The notes: generated by a model from the letters alone, not told the origin. A DNA stretch of 64,000 nucleotides from Octopus vulgaris (GCA_951406725.2 OX597814.1:99696001-99760000); one strand, 5' to 3'. Shown: positions 1-12,469, counted from the stretch's first letter. Made by a program: numbers and translations.

Positions 1-51
<51 letters not shown>

Positions 52-190
52 ATATGAGTGTGTATGTGTGCGCGCGTGCGTGTCTGTGTGTGTATGTGTG
101 TGTGTGTGCGTGCATATGTGTGTATGGAAAGGCATCTATTTATACATGTTTCCGTTGGTAATTATGCGTGCGTGCGTGTGTGTATATGCA
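1..190. repeat. (TA)n/(TG)n microsatellite tract
   Basis: Direct dinucleotide runs. ORF 32..229 is only their translation. Confidence 0.95.
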
Positions 191-1035
191 CATGGCTTAG
201 GAACTGACATCTTATGGCTAAATAGGTGACAGTAATGAAACGTACAGGAACCTACAAGATTATAGTTGTAAACACCCGACAGCTCCGCTTAAAGGCAAGA
301 TTGAAAACTATATAAAACCCTTTCAAACAGCCGCTGAAGCAGTATCAATATTAGTTCTATCAAATACCTATTTATGTTCATGCTCCTTTGCTCTTTGACA
401 TGCCACTATGGATATTCTGCGTATTCCAGGCTTTAGTATGTGTATAAGGTTGCGAACACACGTTTTTGTATGTGAGTGTTAAACACAGAAGGCTATGTAA
501 TAGCGTATGCCTCACAGTTATTTTTTTTTTTATTACCGACTACATAGTTTATTAGTTAAAATTTTTGCAAGATCATGCCCATAATCTCATAATGTTTGTT
601 CTTATCAGCTTAAGCTTGAAACTAGATTAACGTTTGTGATAGCTGACAGTTTCGTTTGCAGGCAGAAATACAAAAACAATAATAACAACTCATTTTAAAT
701 ACAGAAGTTCATTTTTAAACATAGCCAAACGTGGCAACATGCATTAATCCTAAGATCTGATAGACTTGGGTTGTCCAAAAAAATATAACTAGAATAATTT
801 CCATCCGAATAAAAGCAACAGCAAGATAAAATACAAAGCAAACAGTTTATAGTTAATTGAAAACGTTATTACAAGTAATATTAATTGTCACACGTTAAAT
901 AATTGGCTCTGTTTAGTAGTATCAATTGTTACATGTTGATTAAATTTCTGCTAATTAAGATGTAAGAGTTTTCAGTACATATTTCAATACATATACATGC
1001 ATTTGGGTATATAAAAGAGAAAGAATGCATATCTA

Positions 1036-1096
<61 letters not shown>

Positions 1097-1098
1097 AT

Positions 1099-1139
<41 letters not shown>

Positions 1140-1141
<2 letters not shown>

Positions 1142-2035
1142 AATAATCGTATTTTATAAGCTTAAAGCGTATACTTGATCACCGTGCAATGAATAAAGTA
1201 AGTCTAATAATGGGGCAAATAAGCCCACAACGGAAAAAAATCAGGTTTTCACGTGCGCGTGGAAAACTTACGGTTGTTCGGTAGTGTAAGATGGTTAGCA
1301 CACTTGTGAAAACAAAGGAATGTGGGCTCGTGTCTCAGACGTACGGGAAAATCTACATTTTCCCGTCGACGTGGCTTACCAAAAACCATCGCAGTATATA
1401 TAAAAACTTACTTGGGAATGGGTGCGTGGCGTTCAATTAAATAAATATAATGTAAATAATATATATGCATATATGGGTAAAGGACGTCACTAACTGTGTA
1501 TACCACACAAAATACGAAAACAAATGCGTTAAATACGCAAACAACAAGAGAGGAAAATGGAAAACTCAGAGCACGACCCTCCAGCAGTTATCGGCTGTCT
1601 ATCTACTCCTCATTTCGAGGATTCAACGACAATGAGACTTCAAAGAAAGACGCTCCCATAAATTCTAAACTAAAATTTAGGATTTATGGAGGGTCGAATT
1701 TGGGAGCAAAACATGACAGTGCAGATATACAAGAAAACCGACCGAAAATAAACATGGCGGGTCGTTAGACCAGAACAGCAGGAAAATATGAACGGTTGGA
1801 GAAATATTTTCTTTGAAAAGAGTAAAGATAGAAGAGAGAGAAAGAAAAAGGCCAGTCTTTTGAACGTCTGTGCAAAAAAAGAAGGATGGACGATGGTCAC
1901 ATGTAAGCAACGAAAGAGAGTAAAAGACAAAGAGGGGAGATAGAGATAGATAGAAAACGATGAAAGTGGGAGGGGGAAAAAAGGAATTAGAGAAGGACAG
2001 AGGAAGAAAACAGTATAGAGTCGCATCAAAAAGGT
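1140..2035 (-). mobile_element. PLE-derived terminal-repeat element next to (TA)n
   Basis: 1405-1800 is homologous to 2835-3175, 2043-2520 and 60920-61320 (shared 'cttactt..gaa...gcgttc', 'tatgggtacaggac' and 'aatacgaaaacaaa'). It has a polypurine tract at 1810-2030 like the 3' region of the PLE at 60.2 kb and abuts the (TA)n run at 1108-1138. Confidence 0.55.
1272..1345 (+). other. Degenerate tRNA-like sequence
   Basis: D-arm GTGT..GCAC with A-box-like TAGTGTAAGATGGTTAGCA, stem CTTG/CAAAG, T-arm TGGG-CTCGTGT-CTCA. The acceptor stem is poor, so this is not a functional tRNA. Confidence 0.45.
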
Positions 2036-2042
2036 TAAGGTA

Positions 2043-2755
2043 TAATTACTTGGAAATTAATACGTTGCGTTCAATTAAGTAAGTATAAATAAATAATATA
2101 TGTATATATGTATATATGTATAGTGTAATGAATAAAATATATGCATACATACAAACATATATGTACGTACCTACATCTACATGTATATATACATGCATAT
2201 ATAAATATATATACGTGTGTACAGGACACCACAAATAGACGTAGAACTCAACGAGAAACGAAAAAGTAAAAACAGCATGGAACGGACCATATTTTTAACA
2301 ACAAAAAAACAGAGTACAAGACAACTACACAAGGAAAAATCCCCTTCATCAGCTGTCCCTAGTTCAACTCCAGCGTGTTTCGAAGGTGAGGACAGAACAC
2401 GTCTCGTCGAACTAATCCTTCCTACGAAAGAATTAAATTCCTTTGCAGAGGGGTAAAAACAAGGAAAAAAATGTGACAAAAACAGGACGTGAAAACAATA
2501 CAATTAAAAACAAATACAAAATAAAAATAAAATTACAAAAAATACAGTACAAGAAGGAATAGAAACAAGACAGGAAAACAAATAATGAGGGCCTATAAGC
2601 CTAGACGACGAAAAAATTTTCACGAGCGCAGGAAGAAACATATTTACTTGAAGAAGGCCGCCAGCGAAAGGAAGTTCGTCGACCCGGCTGTGAGAAAGAT
2701 GAGGAGGAGTGAGAGAGAGGGAGAGATAGAGAGGAAGGAAGCCAAAAAGGGTGAT
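2043..2755 (-). mobile_element. PLE-derived terminal-repeat element (same family as 60920-62262)
   Basis: Shares 'atatgtacgtaccta..tctacatgtatatat', 'ggaaaa.tccccttc.tcag' and 'tttcgaaggt' with 61000-61280. Ends at (TA)n. Confidence 0.6.
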
Positions 2756-2834
2756 ATATATATATATATATATGTATACAAATGCATATATACACACACA
2801 TGTACATACATGGACATACATGTGTATATATATA

Positions 2835-3173
2835 GGTATGCATATATGGGTACAGGACGTCAGCAACTGTGTAACCGACATGGAATACGAAAACAAACGA
2901 GTTAAATAAGCTGTCCTGTGGTTGTTTCTAACTTTGACCGTCCATAAATCCTAAATTCTATTTTAGAATTTATGGGAGTCTTTGAAGACTCATATTGCCG
3001 TTCAGTGCTTGAAATGAGGAGTAGATAGACAGCCGACAACTGATGTAGGGCCGTTTTCTGTGTTTACTTGTCCTGTTTTCTATATGTTTCTCTCGTTATT
3101 TGCGTATTTAACTCGTTTGTTTTCGTATTTCATATGGTTTACCCTGTTGGTGGCGTCATGTACCCAAATATGC

Positions 3174-3178
<5 letters not shown>
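2835..3178 (+). mobile_element. PLE-derived terminus with short inverted arm
   Basis: 2843-2907 is the reverse complement of ~3105-3170. 2935-3130 is the reverse complement of ~1510-1700. Followed by (TA)n. Confidence 0.6.
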
Positions 3179-3267
<89 letters not shown>

Positions 3268-3269
<2 letters not shown>

Positions 3270-3451
3270 CCTCGTGAGCACCGCCAGCAATTTTTTTCCT
3301 CTGTCTTCCCTTCTCGGGATCTTTCCTTCTCCTTTGTTTCCGACGAAGAGCTCCGCTCGAAACGTTAGACCCTCCTTCCCTTCTTTCCTGAGCGTCCAAT
3401 AATACTTTATTTGTTCCACGTCCTCGCGTTGCTGTGTTTTCTTGTTTGGAT

Positions 3452-3456
<5 letters not shown>
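3268..3456 (+). mobile_element. ~190-bp PLE 3'-terminus derivative with a hammerhead motif, between (TG)n and (TA)n
   Basis: Similar to the 3' end of the PLE at 60700-60895 (GAAGAGC..GCTCGAAACGTTA, TTTCCTGAGCG, AATAC). Confidence 0.65.
3336..3370 (+). ncRNA. Minimal type I hammerhead ribozyme motif
   Basis: GTTT-CCGACGA-A-GAGC tcc GCTC-GAAA-CGTT-AGAC: stem I, core variant (CCGA), stem II, GAAA, and palindromic AACGTT stem III. Confidence 0.6.
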
Positions 3457-3538
<82 letters not shown>

Positions 3539-4085
3539 GTGGGGAGCATATTACATAATTCGATGGTTCCACGGTTGTGTGAATTACATATACATTAAAC
3601 TATTATTTAGTACTATGAATATCAAAAACCAAGTTTGCATAACTCAGTAACCAGAATTTCTCATTCCCAGTCATTAAGTAACTGGCACTGTAGATTCTGA
3701 GGCTTTCTCATTATACACCATAAATGGCTGAAAGAGCTCCGGTACGGTGACACTGAAAAAACAACTTAATGACAACCTACTGACAGTTGATCCTGTGTGG
3801 GAGGTAAATATAGAAGAACAGAATATTTTCAGGATTATAAATGAAATTCATTAGAATTCTGCCGAAAGTACAATGATATTATTGTTTTGGACTTGCGTTG
3901 TGATTAATTATGTTAGCAAATTTACGTGAATGGAATTTTCCTGGGTGGTAAAATTAGTAGTTCTACGGGTAATAAGATTAGCATTAGTTAATATTTATGG
4001 TGCGAAATTTTTGTTTACGAAATTTTGTGGGTGCTAAATATAGTATATAATGATGCTTTCGATCAGATAATATTCACAATAGGAA

Positions 4086-4575
4086 GGCGGCGAGCTGGCA
4101 GACACGTTAGCACGCCGGGCGAAATGCGTAGCAGTATTTAATCTGCCGTTACGTTCTGAGTTCAAATTCCGCCGAGATCAACTTTGCCTTTCATCCCTTC
4201 AAGGTCGGTAAATTAAGTACCAGTTACACACTGGGGTCTATGTAATCGACTTAATCCGTTTGTCTGTCCTTGTTTGTCCCCTCTGTGTTTAGCCACTTGT
4301 GGGCAGTAAGGAAATAGGTATTTCGCTTGTTTTACGTTCTGAGTTCAAATTTCGCCGAGGTCGAACTTGCCTTTCATCCTTTCGGGATCGATTAAATAAG
4401 TACCAGTTACGCACTGGAGTCAACATAATCGACTTAATCCGTTTGTCTGTCCTTGTTTGTCCCCTCTTTGTGTAGCCCCTTGTGGGCAGTAAAGAAATAT
4501 ACAAAGAAATATATATACCATTTCGTACTGGGGTCGATTTAATCGACTGGTCCCCTCCCCACAAAATTTCGTGCC
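4086..4575 (+). mobile_element. tRNA-derived SINE with Meta/MESC-like domain, tandemly repeated body
   Basis: Head GGCGGCGAGCTGGCAGA..GTTAGC, B-box GAGTTCAAATTC, central GCCTTTCATCC.TTC..GGTCG.TAAA..AAGTACCAG. The body repeats at ~4318, with a partial third unit at ~4515. Confidence 0.85.
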
Positions 4576-4599
4576 TATTGTAGAAATGAATATATTATT

Positions 4600-4606
4600 A
4601 TATGTA

Positions 4607-4637
<31 letters not shown>

Positions 4638-4643
4638 TTTATG

Positions 4644-4733
<90 letters not shown>
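4600..4733. repeat. (ATT)n microsatellite
   Basis: Direct trinucleotide run. Confidence 0.95.
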
Positions 4734-4735
<2 letters not shown>

Positions 4736-4915
4736 GGAAGCAAGCTTGCAGAACCGTTATCACGCTGAGAAAAATGCTTGATTATATGCCGTCCGTCTTT
4801 ACGCTATGAGTTCAAATTCCGCCGAGGTCGATTTTGCCTTTTATCATTTCATTGTCGATAAAATAAGTACCAGATGCGTACTGAGGTCGTTGTAATTTCA
4901 GGCCATTTGCCTATA
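4736..4915 (+). mobile_element. Diverged Meta-domain SINE copy
   Basis: GAGTTCAAATTCCGCCGAGGTCGA..GCCTTT..GTCGATAAAATAAGTACCAG matches the 4086 family. Confidence 0.75.
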
Positions 4916-4968
4916 GTTGCAAATATTGTTAATATTGTTATTATTAATATTGATATCATTGCTTCTGT

Positions 4969-5033
<65 letters not shown>

Positions 5034-5272
5034 TCGCTGCTGCAGCTGCTGCTACGTCAGTGGTCTTTTTGTTGATTCTGTAAACAAAATAAGTAAAGTG
5101 AGGTTAAATATGTGAGCTGTCAATGTGGTAATGTATTAAGTTACAAATGTAAAATGTGCATCTTCAAAATTCCACTGAAAAACGGAGAATGACATAGTGA
5201 TATATAACTGTATTTATTACATTTGAAAACAAAGTATCATATTTAAAACTTTTGTAATATATATATATATAT

Positions 5273-5316
<44 letters not shown>

Positions 5317-5432
5317 TTGTGTGTGTGTGTGTGTGTGCGTGTGTGTACATTTTGTTTTATTCATTTACTATGTTTGTTGAAAATTTTAGTTGCTCGTATA
5401 GAATTAAAAAAAGAGTTTCGGCTATCATTATG

Positions 5433-5492
<60 letters not shown>

Positions 5493-6130
5493 ATTATTAT
5501 TATTATTATCATTATTATTTTCAAATTTGAAGATCATTTTCCTTCTCTATGTGAAGTGTATTGACTTCAGAAATGCTTGTCAGAGCGTCTTGTAAAAAGG
5601 AATTAAATATCATTGAAAGAAAATATTGAATAAGTTAGACATACAGATAGATTGATAGATAGATAGAGAGAGAGAGAAAAAGAGAGAGAGAGGGGGGAGA
5701 TCTGTAGTTATATATTCATTAAAACATGTCTAAAGAAAGATGTCAAACATCCGTCTCAATCTATAGGTAATCAATGGAAACCAAACACAAACGTACAACT
5801 TTACAAAAACGTCTACTACAGTATTGTATAGACAAGATATATTTCAGTAACTTTTGGGAAAATAAGTAAAAGCTATTCGAAAAGAATTGACATCCCAGTA
5901 TTTTTTTTCAAAGATAATCAGAGATGCAAATATTTCCTCTCAATAGGAAAATGATAATGCTATTCTATATTGTATCTGAAAATGTTTTACTTATAAACTG
6001 TTTTTTTCTCTTTCTCTCTCCCCCTTCCCATTTCTCTCCCTTTCCAGACACTCATACATAAATATAGAAACATGTGTGTGTGTGTGTGTGTGTGTGTGAG
6101 TGTGTGTGTGTGTGTGTCTATGCGTATATA

Positions 6131-6320
6131 TCTTATATATATAAAAGGCAATTTTTGTCTGTTGATCTCACTGTTACCATCTGGCTACCTACACCTGAGA
6201 ACCAATCTTGGTGAAACTTTGCATACATGTTACACTAACATCCAGTTGAAATATAGGAGGCTAATTGCATTTCAATACAAAATTATAACGGGCCCCCTAG
6301 CGGGGCTGGGCTATCGTTTG
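6131..6320 (+). mobile_element. Putative non-autonomous Helitron-like element
   Basis: 5' TCTTATATATATAAA, internal ACCAATCTTGGTGAAACTTTG, and GC-rich subterminal hairpin GCCCC-ctagc-GGGGC (6292-6306). The canonical CTRR end is not clear. Confidence 0.45.
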
Positions 6321-6494
6321 ACAAAATGAGAAGAGTGCAAAGATTGTTAGAGTGAGGAACATGTGGTGGCATAGTGAATGTGGCTGATATCAGGCAAGGG
6401 AAGAACAGTGTTGTGTGAGCGACAAATATGGAGTGGCAGTGAGGTGTAACGTTAATACAGCTGTTATTCACAGATATACGTAGATGCATGCATA

Positions 6495-6557
<63 letters not shown>

Positions 6558-7469
6558 TACACGCATGCATATACACATAACTAACTTTTAAAATGCAGAG
6601 GAAGAGAAAGAAAAATGGATGTGAGGAATACGTAGCTTTATGGAGAGTGGAGATAGGTGGCTTTTCTGTTGTCAATCGCAAAAAAAAAACACTCACATAC
6701 AGACATATGCACATACATATATATACGTACGTACTTACGTACAAGCATACATACACACATACATATACCTACTATACACCATTTTAAACTCGTGTTTACC
6801 GGTGTGTACATATGTAAATGTGTGTGCGTGTATTTCAATGTGTGTGTGTGTGTGTGTGTGTGAGTGTGTGTGTGTCTGTGTGTGTATATCACGTCCTATA
6901 ATTGTCTGTCTCTCTACTTTTGTGGGGTTTTCCCTGTTACTGTCATATATCGTGAAATTTTTAAATTTCGTCGAAATTTTCAAATTTGCTATATTGAAAT
7001 GATTTTCCTCACTAAATTCGATTTTGTTATTTATTTGTTCTACAAAAATTGCAGAAAAATGTTACTGAGGTTTAAAGTTTAATTGACTTTACCTTATCAG
7101 GAAACAGGATTTGGATGCGGGCATTTTCTGCATGAGAGCTCTCTATCACATAATGAAAGTAAAATCAATACGAGGAGGAATTCTTATTAAAGCAACGGAA
7201 GCAAAGCATTACAACGACCAAAGTTGTAAGAACTTTTGAAATTTCAATAAGTTTTAATGAATAAAGTTATATGAAAGGGTCAAACAGTCATGTTAATAAT
7301 TTAAAAATTGAAAAAAAACCCAAAAAAACTTCAACGAAGTCTTTTGCGAAAAGCTGCACAAATCCTGATCAAGAGGCGTATCTATCAGGGAAGGCATGTA
7401 CTGACATAGAACGAAGAAAAAAATTCTAAGGCATTCTATGGTGAAAATTGCCTGGCAAGTACGTGCTAT

Positions 7470-7541
<72 letters not shown>

Positions 7542-7597
7542 GTAATGAGATGAAAAAACCAAGGCTGTGTAGATTTTAGAACATTTATAGACAGAAG

Positions 7598-7645
7598 GTC
7601 TTACAGCTGTTTCCAGGATATTTATTATATCCCTTTATCGGAGAC
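7598..7645 (-). ncRNA. Mirror hammerhead motif with mutated core (CCGATAA)
   Basis: Reverse complement reads GTCTCCGATAAAGGGATATAATAAATATCCTGGAAACAGCTGTAAGAC. Confidence 0.6.
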
Positions 7646-7864
7646 GGTGTGAGAGGATGGTTAAATAATAGTTAATTTAGATAAGATACAAAATAGGGAG
7701 TGCGGTGGAGGAAAGAAAATAGATGTGAGATGTGTAGGGATATTCTATTTGTAAATACATTTTGGATCTATAAATACAATATCCCTACACATCTCACATC
7801 TCCACCTCACTCCCTATTTTGTATCTTATCTAAATTAACTATTATTTAACCATCCTCTTACACC

Positions 7865-7912
7865 GTCTCCGATGAAGTGATATAATAAATATCCTGGAAA
7901 CAGCTGTAAGAC
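7865..7912 (+). ncRNA. Type I hammerhead ribozyme motif with palindromic stem III
   Basis: GTCT-CCGATGA-AG(T)GATAT aataa ATATCCTG-GAAA-CAGCTG-TA-AGAC: stem I GTCT/AGAC, GUA cleavage triplet, ACAGCTGT palindrome. Confidence 0.75.
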
Positions 7913-8132
7913 CTTCTGTCTATAAATATTCTAAAATCTACACAGCCTTGGTTTTTTTTATCTCATTACGAAAAAAATATTTACATACACACGCTGACAT
8001 ATGACCAACGTTGAACTCCTTATTCGCATAATCACAAAACCTGGAACTTAACTATGGTCTATCTATACCACTTGTTCAGCATTACCTGACACCTTTGGGT
8101 CTCAATGACGCCATTACTTCTCATAACTTCCC

Positions 8133-8164
<32 letters not shown>

Positions 8165-8514
8165 AATATAAGTGTGGGAATATATATATAATATGTGTGT
8201 ATTATAAACGCATATTATATATAAGGTAAATAAACACGGTTGCGCTTAACGCGTTTATTCATACGCCATTAAAATCACGAACACATTAGTTGTGAATATG
8301 TTTATTATTTAAGTTATGTCCATCTATGAACAGCTGCCAAGATAACGCCCTATTGTAACGTGTATTCTGTTCTTCATGCAGAATATGTTTCAAATCTAAC
8401 TCTGTTCATATACCTTACTGCCAAAATAAAAGCTTGCTGATGATTTCTCTTTTGACGAACTTTACGCGAAGAAGCTGGAGTTTAAATTGATGAGTAATTG
8501 AACACCACTGTCGG

Positions 8515-8576
<62 letters not shown>

Positions 8577-8617
8577 ATATATTCTTCTTTTTCTTGCAGC
8601 CATGCTGGAGCACCATG

Positions 8618-9048
8618 CAAAGTTTCTTTAGCCAAAATGTCTGTGACATTTCAACTGCTAAAAGACAAATTCACTGCAGTTACTGTAAAGAAAATCTTCT
8701 TTAATGGTAAAAAGGTGTAAAAACACCATAGTCGTTCAGTGGCGCCATCTATCAGGATTCTTAGATATCCTTAGCTTTTATCAATGGGAAATACCAAACA
8801 GAGCCAATTCTGAATAGATCTTATAAAGCTTTAGTTTTATCTGAAATACAAGTATTTTCCATTGATAAAAGCTAAGGAGCTAGAATCCTCGATGTCTGGT
8901 AATCCTGATAGATGGCGACGCTGAGGAGATATAAGGATTTTACACTTTTTTTTTACCAGATGAGAAAAATTTTTCTACGGTAACTACAGTTAATTTGTCT
9001 TTTAGCAGTTGAACTATGTCACAAACAAATTTTAACTAACATAAACTT
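8618..9048. mobile_element. Long imperfect inverted-repeat element (MITE/foldback-like)
   Basis: Arms ~8618-8793 and ~8851-9048: CAACTGCTAAAAGACAAATT / AATTTGTCTTTTAGCAGTTG, CGCCATCTATCAGGATT / AATCCTGATAGATGGCG, CCTTAGCTTTTATCAATGG / CCATTGATAAAAGCTAAGG. Confidence 0.75.
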
Positions 9049-9256
9049 TACTTATGCCTAAACACTGCTTGACGCTAATATTTCGGCAATTTCCACAATC
9101 TGGCAGTCCACTGACGCAAATCAGTCAACGTTTTTGACTGTATTTTTAGATAAAACTATAGCTTTATAAGATCGGTACAGAGTTGCCTCCCATTCACACA
9201 CACACACACACACACACATATACATATATATACATACACATATATATATATATACC

Positions 9257-9361
<105 letters not shown>

Positions 9362-9845
9362 ACATAACTCTGCTAAACAGACAACTCTCCTTTACAGCCA
9401 AATGATTTACAGAACTATAACAACACAGGTTGTTATGGTTTCTAAGCATTTCTTTCAAAGTATTTTAATCTTACTTGGTTAAAGTGAATATGAGAAAAAC
9501 ATGCATAGGCTATAAAGAAAATATTTCGTGTGTCAGTTGTCAGTCATGTCAAGAAATAGGCAAAGCAAAATATACCAGATTTGTTGAAGTAAGGACTCGA
9601 AATTCTGTATCCTCCATATGGTTTTAGGAAATCTCGGTAACGTAACTGAAGTGAAATTAAAATTGTAACAAGTAAGAAATAGTAACCGCACTAGAAATGT
9701 TATTTTCGCCAGGAACTTATTTTTAAACAATTGCAGCAAATGAAGCTTTATCTTTTTATTGTCTATAACTGTTCGGCTACTATTTAGCTTCTTCATTTCG
9801 GTTCCTTAATTTCTGTCATTATGTGCGTGTATAAATACACACACA

Positions 9846-9897
<52 letters not shown>

Positions 9898-9945
9898 TGA
9901 ATATATATATATATGCGTATACACATACATACACATATATATATA

Positions 9946-10640
9946 TCCTCCAGAACATTCCCCTACTAAAAAGAAATGAAATGAATTCTCCAAACGCACA
10001 CAATCATAAAGAGCAAAAGGCAGCCCAAATCTATGAAAGGTCTCCTAACACAAGCTCAAATACGCTCGACAATAACATTGAAGCCGTTAGTAAAAAAAAT
10101 GCAGAAGACTTAACTGTGGTATATGCGTCAACCTAATTGAGGGCTCGGAGTTCTCTTTCAAATAGGGTCAATGGGAAAAGCAACTTCATACGTGCTTCGG
10201 AGAACCTGATATATGTATTAACTTGTTCTGGGTGTCGAGAGCAATACATAGGCCAAAACAAGATCAGTCTATGTCAAAGGATGGCTCTACATAGATCTGG
10301 GATCTATGTAGAGCTTCAGTGTTATTGTGAGCGTTCTTGAGCTTGTGTTAGGAAACTTTTCATAGATTTGGGCTATCTTTTGCTCTTTATGATGGTGTGC
10401 GTTTGAAGAATTAAATTAATTCCTTTTTAGTAAGGGAGTGTTCTGGGGGATATATATTCGGAAATACTGAAAAATAACATCCAGCGAACACATCGACATT
10501 TGCGCCAATAACAAACAACACAGCCTCAGAATTGTTCCCACCTATCAATTCAGGGACGATTCAACCGGGAGTCAGCGCATTAGTAAAGAGTTATATTTAA
10601 TCACAAAATATAAACCTCTTTTGAATGCGTCCAACACAAA
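9946..10640 (+). mobile_element. Decayed PLE fragment (linker + GIY-YIG) with internal inverted duplication
   Basis: ORF 10137 contains NLIYVLTCSGCREQYIGQ (GIY-YIG). ~10300-10450 is the reverse complement of ~9946-10075. Confidence 0.7.
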
Positions 10641-10811
10641 TTACACTATCACAAGGGCCTTAGAGTAATACCAACGCAAATATTAAAAACGATATATTCA
10701 GAACTGGCACAACCCATGAATTTATTCAGAACAATTCCAATCACTACTATTACAACCACAACGGATAACTTTTAGGTCCCTTGACCATTTAAGAGGATAC
10801 CACTCCAGCAT

Positions 10812-10903
10812 TCTTCTTCTTCTTCTTCTTCTTCTTCTTCTTCTTCTTCTTCTTCTTCTTCTTCTTCTTCTTCTTCTTCTTCTTCTTCTTCTTCTTCTTC
10901 TTC
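10812..10903. repeat. (CTT)n microsatellite
   Basis: Direct trinucleotide run. Confidence 0.95.
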
Positions 10904-11453
10904 TCGTGTGATCTACTTGTCTTATCGAGAGAAGAAAATTCCAACTTATTTTTTTCATATCTGCTCTCACCCCGCGCTAACGGCCATCCCTGGCTTGCTC
11001 AAGTTACTGAACAATTGTGTTGTTAATTTGCCAAAATTACCTTTACGTTCAAGGAACAGTTGTTAGAAGTATACGGCGATTTTTTTTGTATTTTGCCCTA
11101 TATTTTACCGTTTGCTCTTGCTTAATTTTTCTTCTATTTATTCTCTTGGTTTGAGATTTTGTGTATCCTGAGTAAATTATTGGTATTGATTTCATGCAAA
11201 TCTTGAGAGACATAAATTTAGCACCGCAGGGTTTTTAATACACCTATATATGAAATATGAAATAATATGTTTAATCTGGCACACCAGTAGTTCTGTCGGT
11301 ATAACAAAAAATATATATGAAAAGATGAATGAGCAACAAAACTAAGACTGTAAGCTGAAAAGTGTTAAAGATAAATAAAAATTTCAGAACTATAATTATC
11401 TTATCAAAACAGTCATTATAGGGCAGGTGTCTCTCTTCCCCATCTCTATCTCA

Positions 11454-11510
<57 letters not shown>

Positions 11511-11524
11511 TATATATATATATT

Positions 11525-11572
<48 letters not shown>

Positions 11573-12469
11573 TATATGAATATATAGGTATGCATAAATT
11601 TACATATACATACATACGTACATACATGCATGCACAACCCTCTCCCTACATATATATATACATATATACATACATATGTATATATACATATATATCTATA
11701 TATACATACATATACATTTATGCATATATATATATCTATATATACATACATATATATATATGTGTGTGTGTGTGTGTATGTGTGTGTGTTTATGCGTGTT
11801 AGTATGCAAGCTAAGGGAGAAAAAAATTATTTCAAATATGTCTAGCGAAGGACAATTGATTTCGACATCTCAAATATGACAGTAGAAAATAGTTTTTTTT
11901 CTTCGTATTTTTCTCATATTTTTAGTACGTGATACGAGACGTTGTTGTTTGGCCGGTGTTGATTTAGGAATCAGCCTCTCATATGTCTACCGCTTTTAAA
12001 TTTATTCCAGAAACTTCAGAAAAAATCGACCAAATATCTAAACAATAAATCAATGAAAGAACAAATTATGAAGAATAGTGTTAACATTTGTGACAATTTG
12101 GAAAATTTTAAAAGATGACTTTGACATAGCAATTTTTTTCTATTTTCGTATATAAATGATGAAAATCACTCAATAAAAATAAAAATATAGATAATAGAAA
12201 ATTTAGTAGAATACATTGAATTCCGTGAGTGTATGCAAAGGAAAAGAAGCAGACAATGTAAATATTTTAGAATACGAAAGAAAAAAAAAGCATCTTACTA
12301 AAAGAGTTTTGATTTTATGATACGCAACAAAGAATTAAGAAATCTTAGACGTTATACTTATGTGATATGGGAGGTAAGATACGGATAGAAAAAATCGTCA
12401 ACATTATGAATTAGGCATGTAATAGAAAATTATATTAATAATAATGCTTTCTACTATAGGCATACATCT

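Larger units (their letters stand above)
7539..7972. mobile_element. Fold-back element: ~200-bp inverted repeat, each arm carrying a hammerhead motif (PLE inverted pLTR type)
   Basis: 7539-7744 is the near-perfect reverse complement of 7778-7972. Starts directly after the (TA)n run at 7474-7538. Confidence 0.85.

Noticed and set aside
3674-3752. Seryl-tRNA synthetase C-terminus (VTVPELFQPFM resembles VxVPEVLRPFM)
   Set aside because: The match is too short and no upstream SerRS motifs were found in the window.
4086-4575. CRISPR-like or satellite array
   Set aside because: Units are ~180-bp SINE bodies without unique spacers, in a eukaryotic context with no cas genes.
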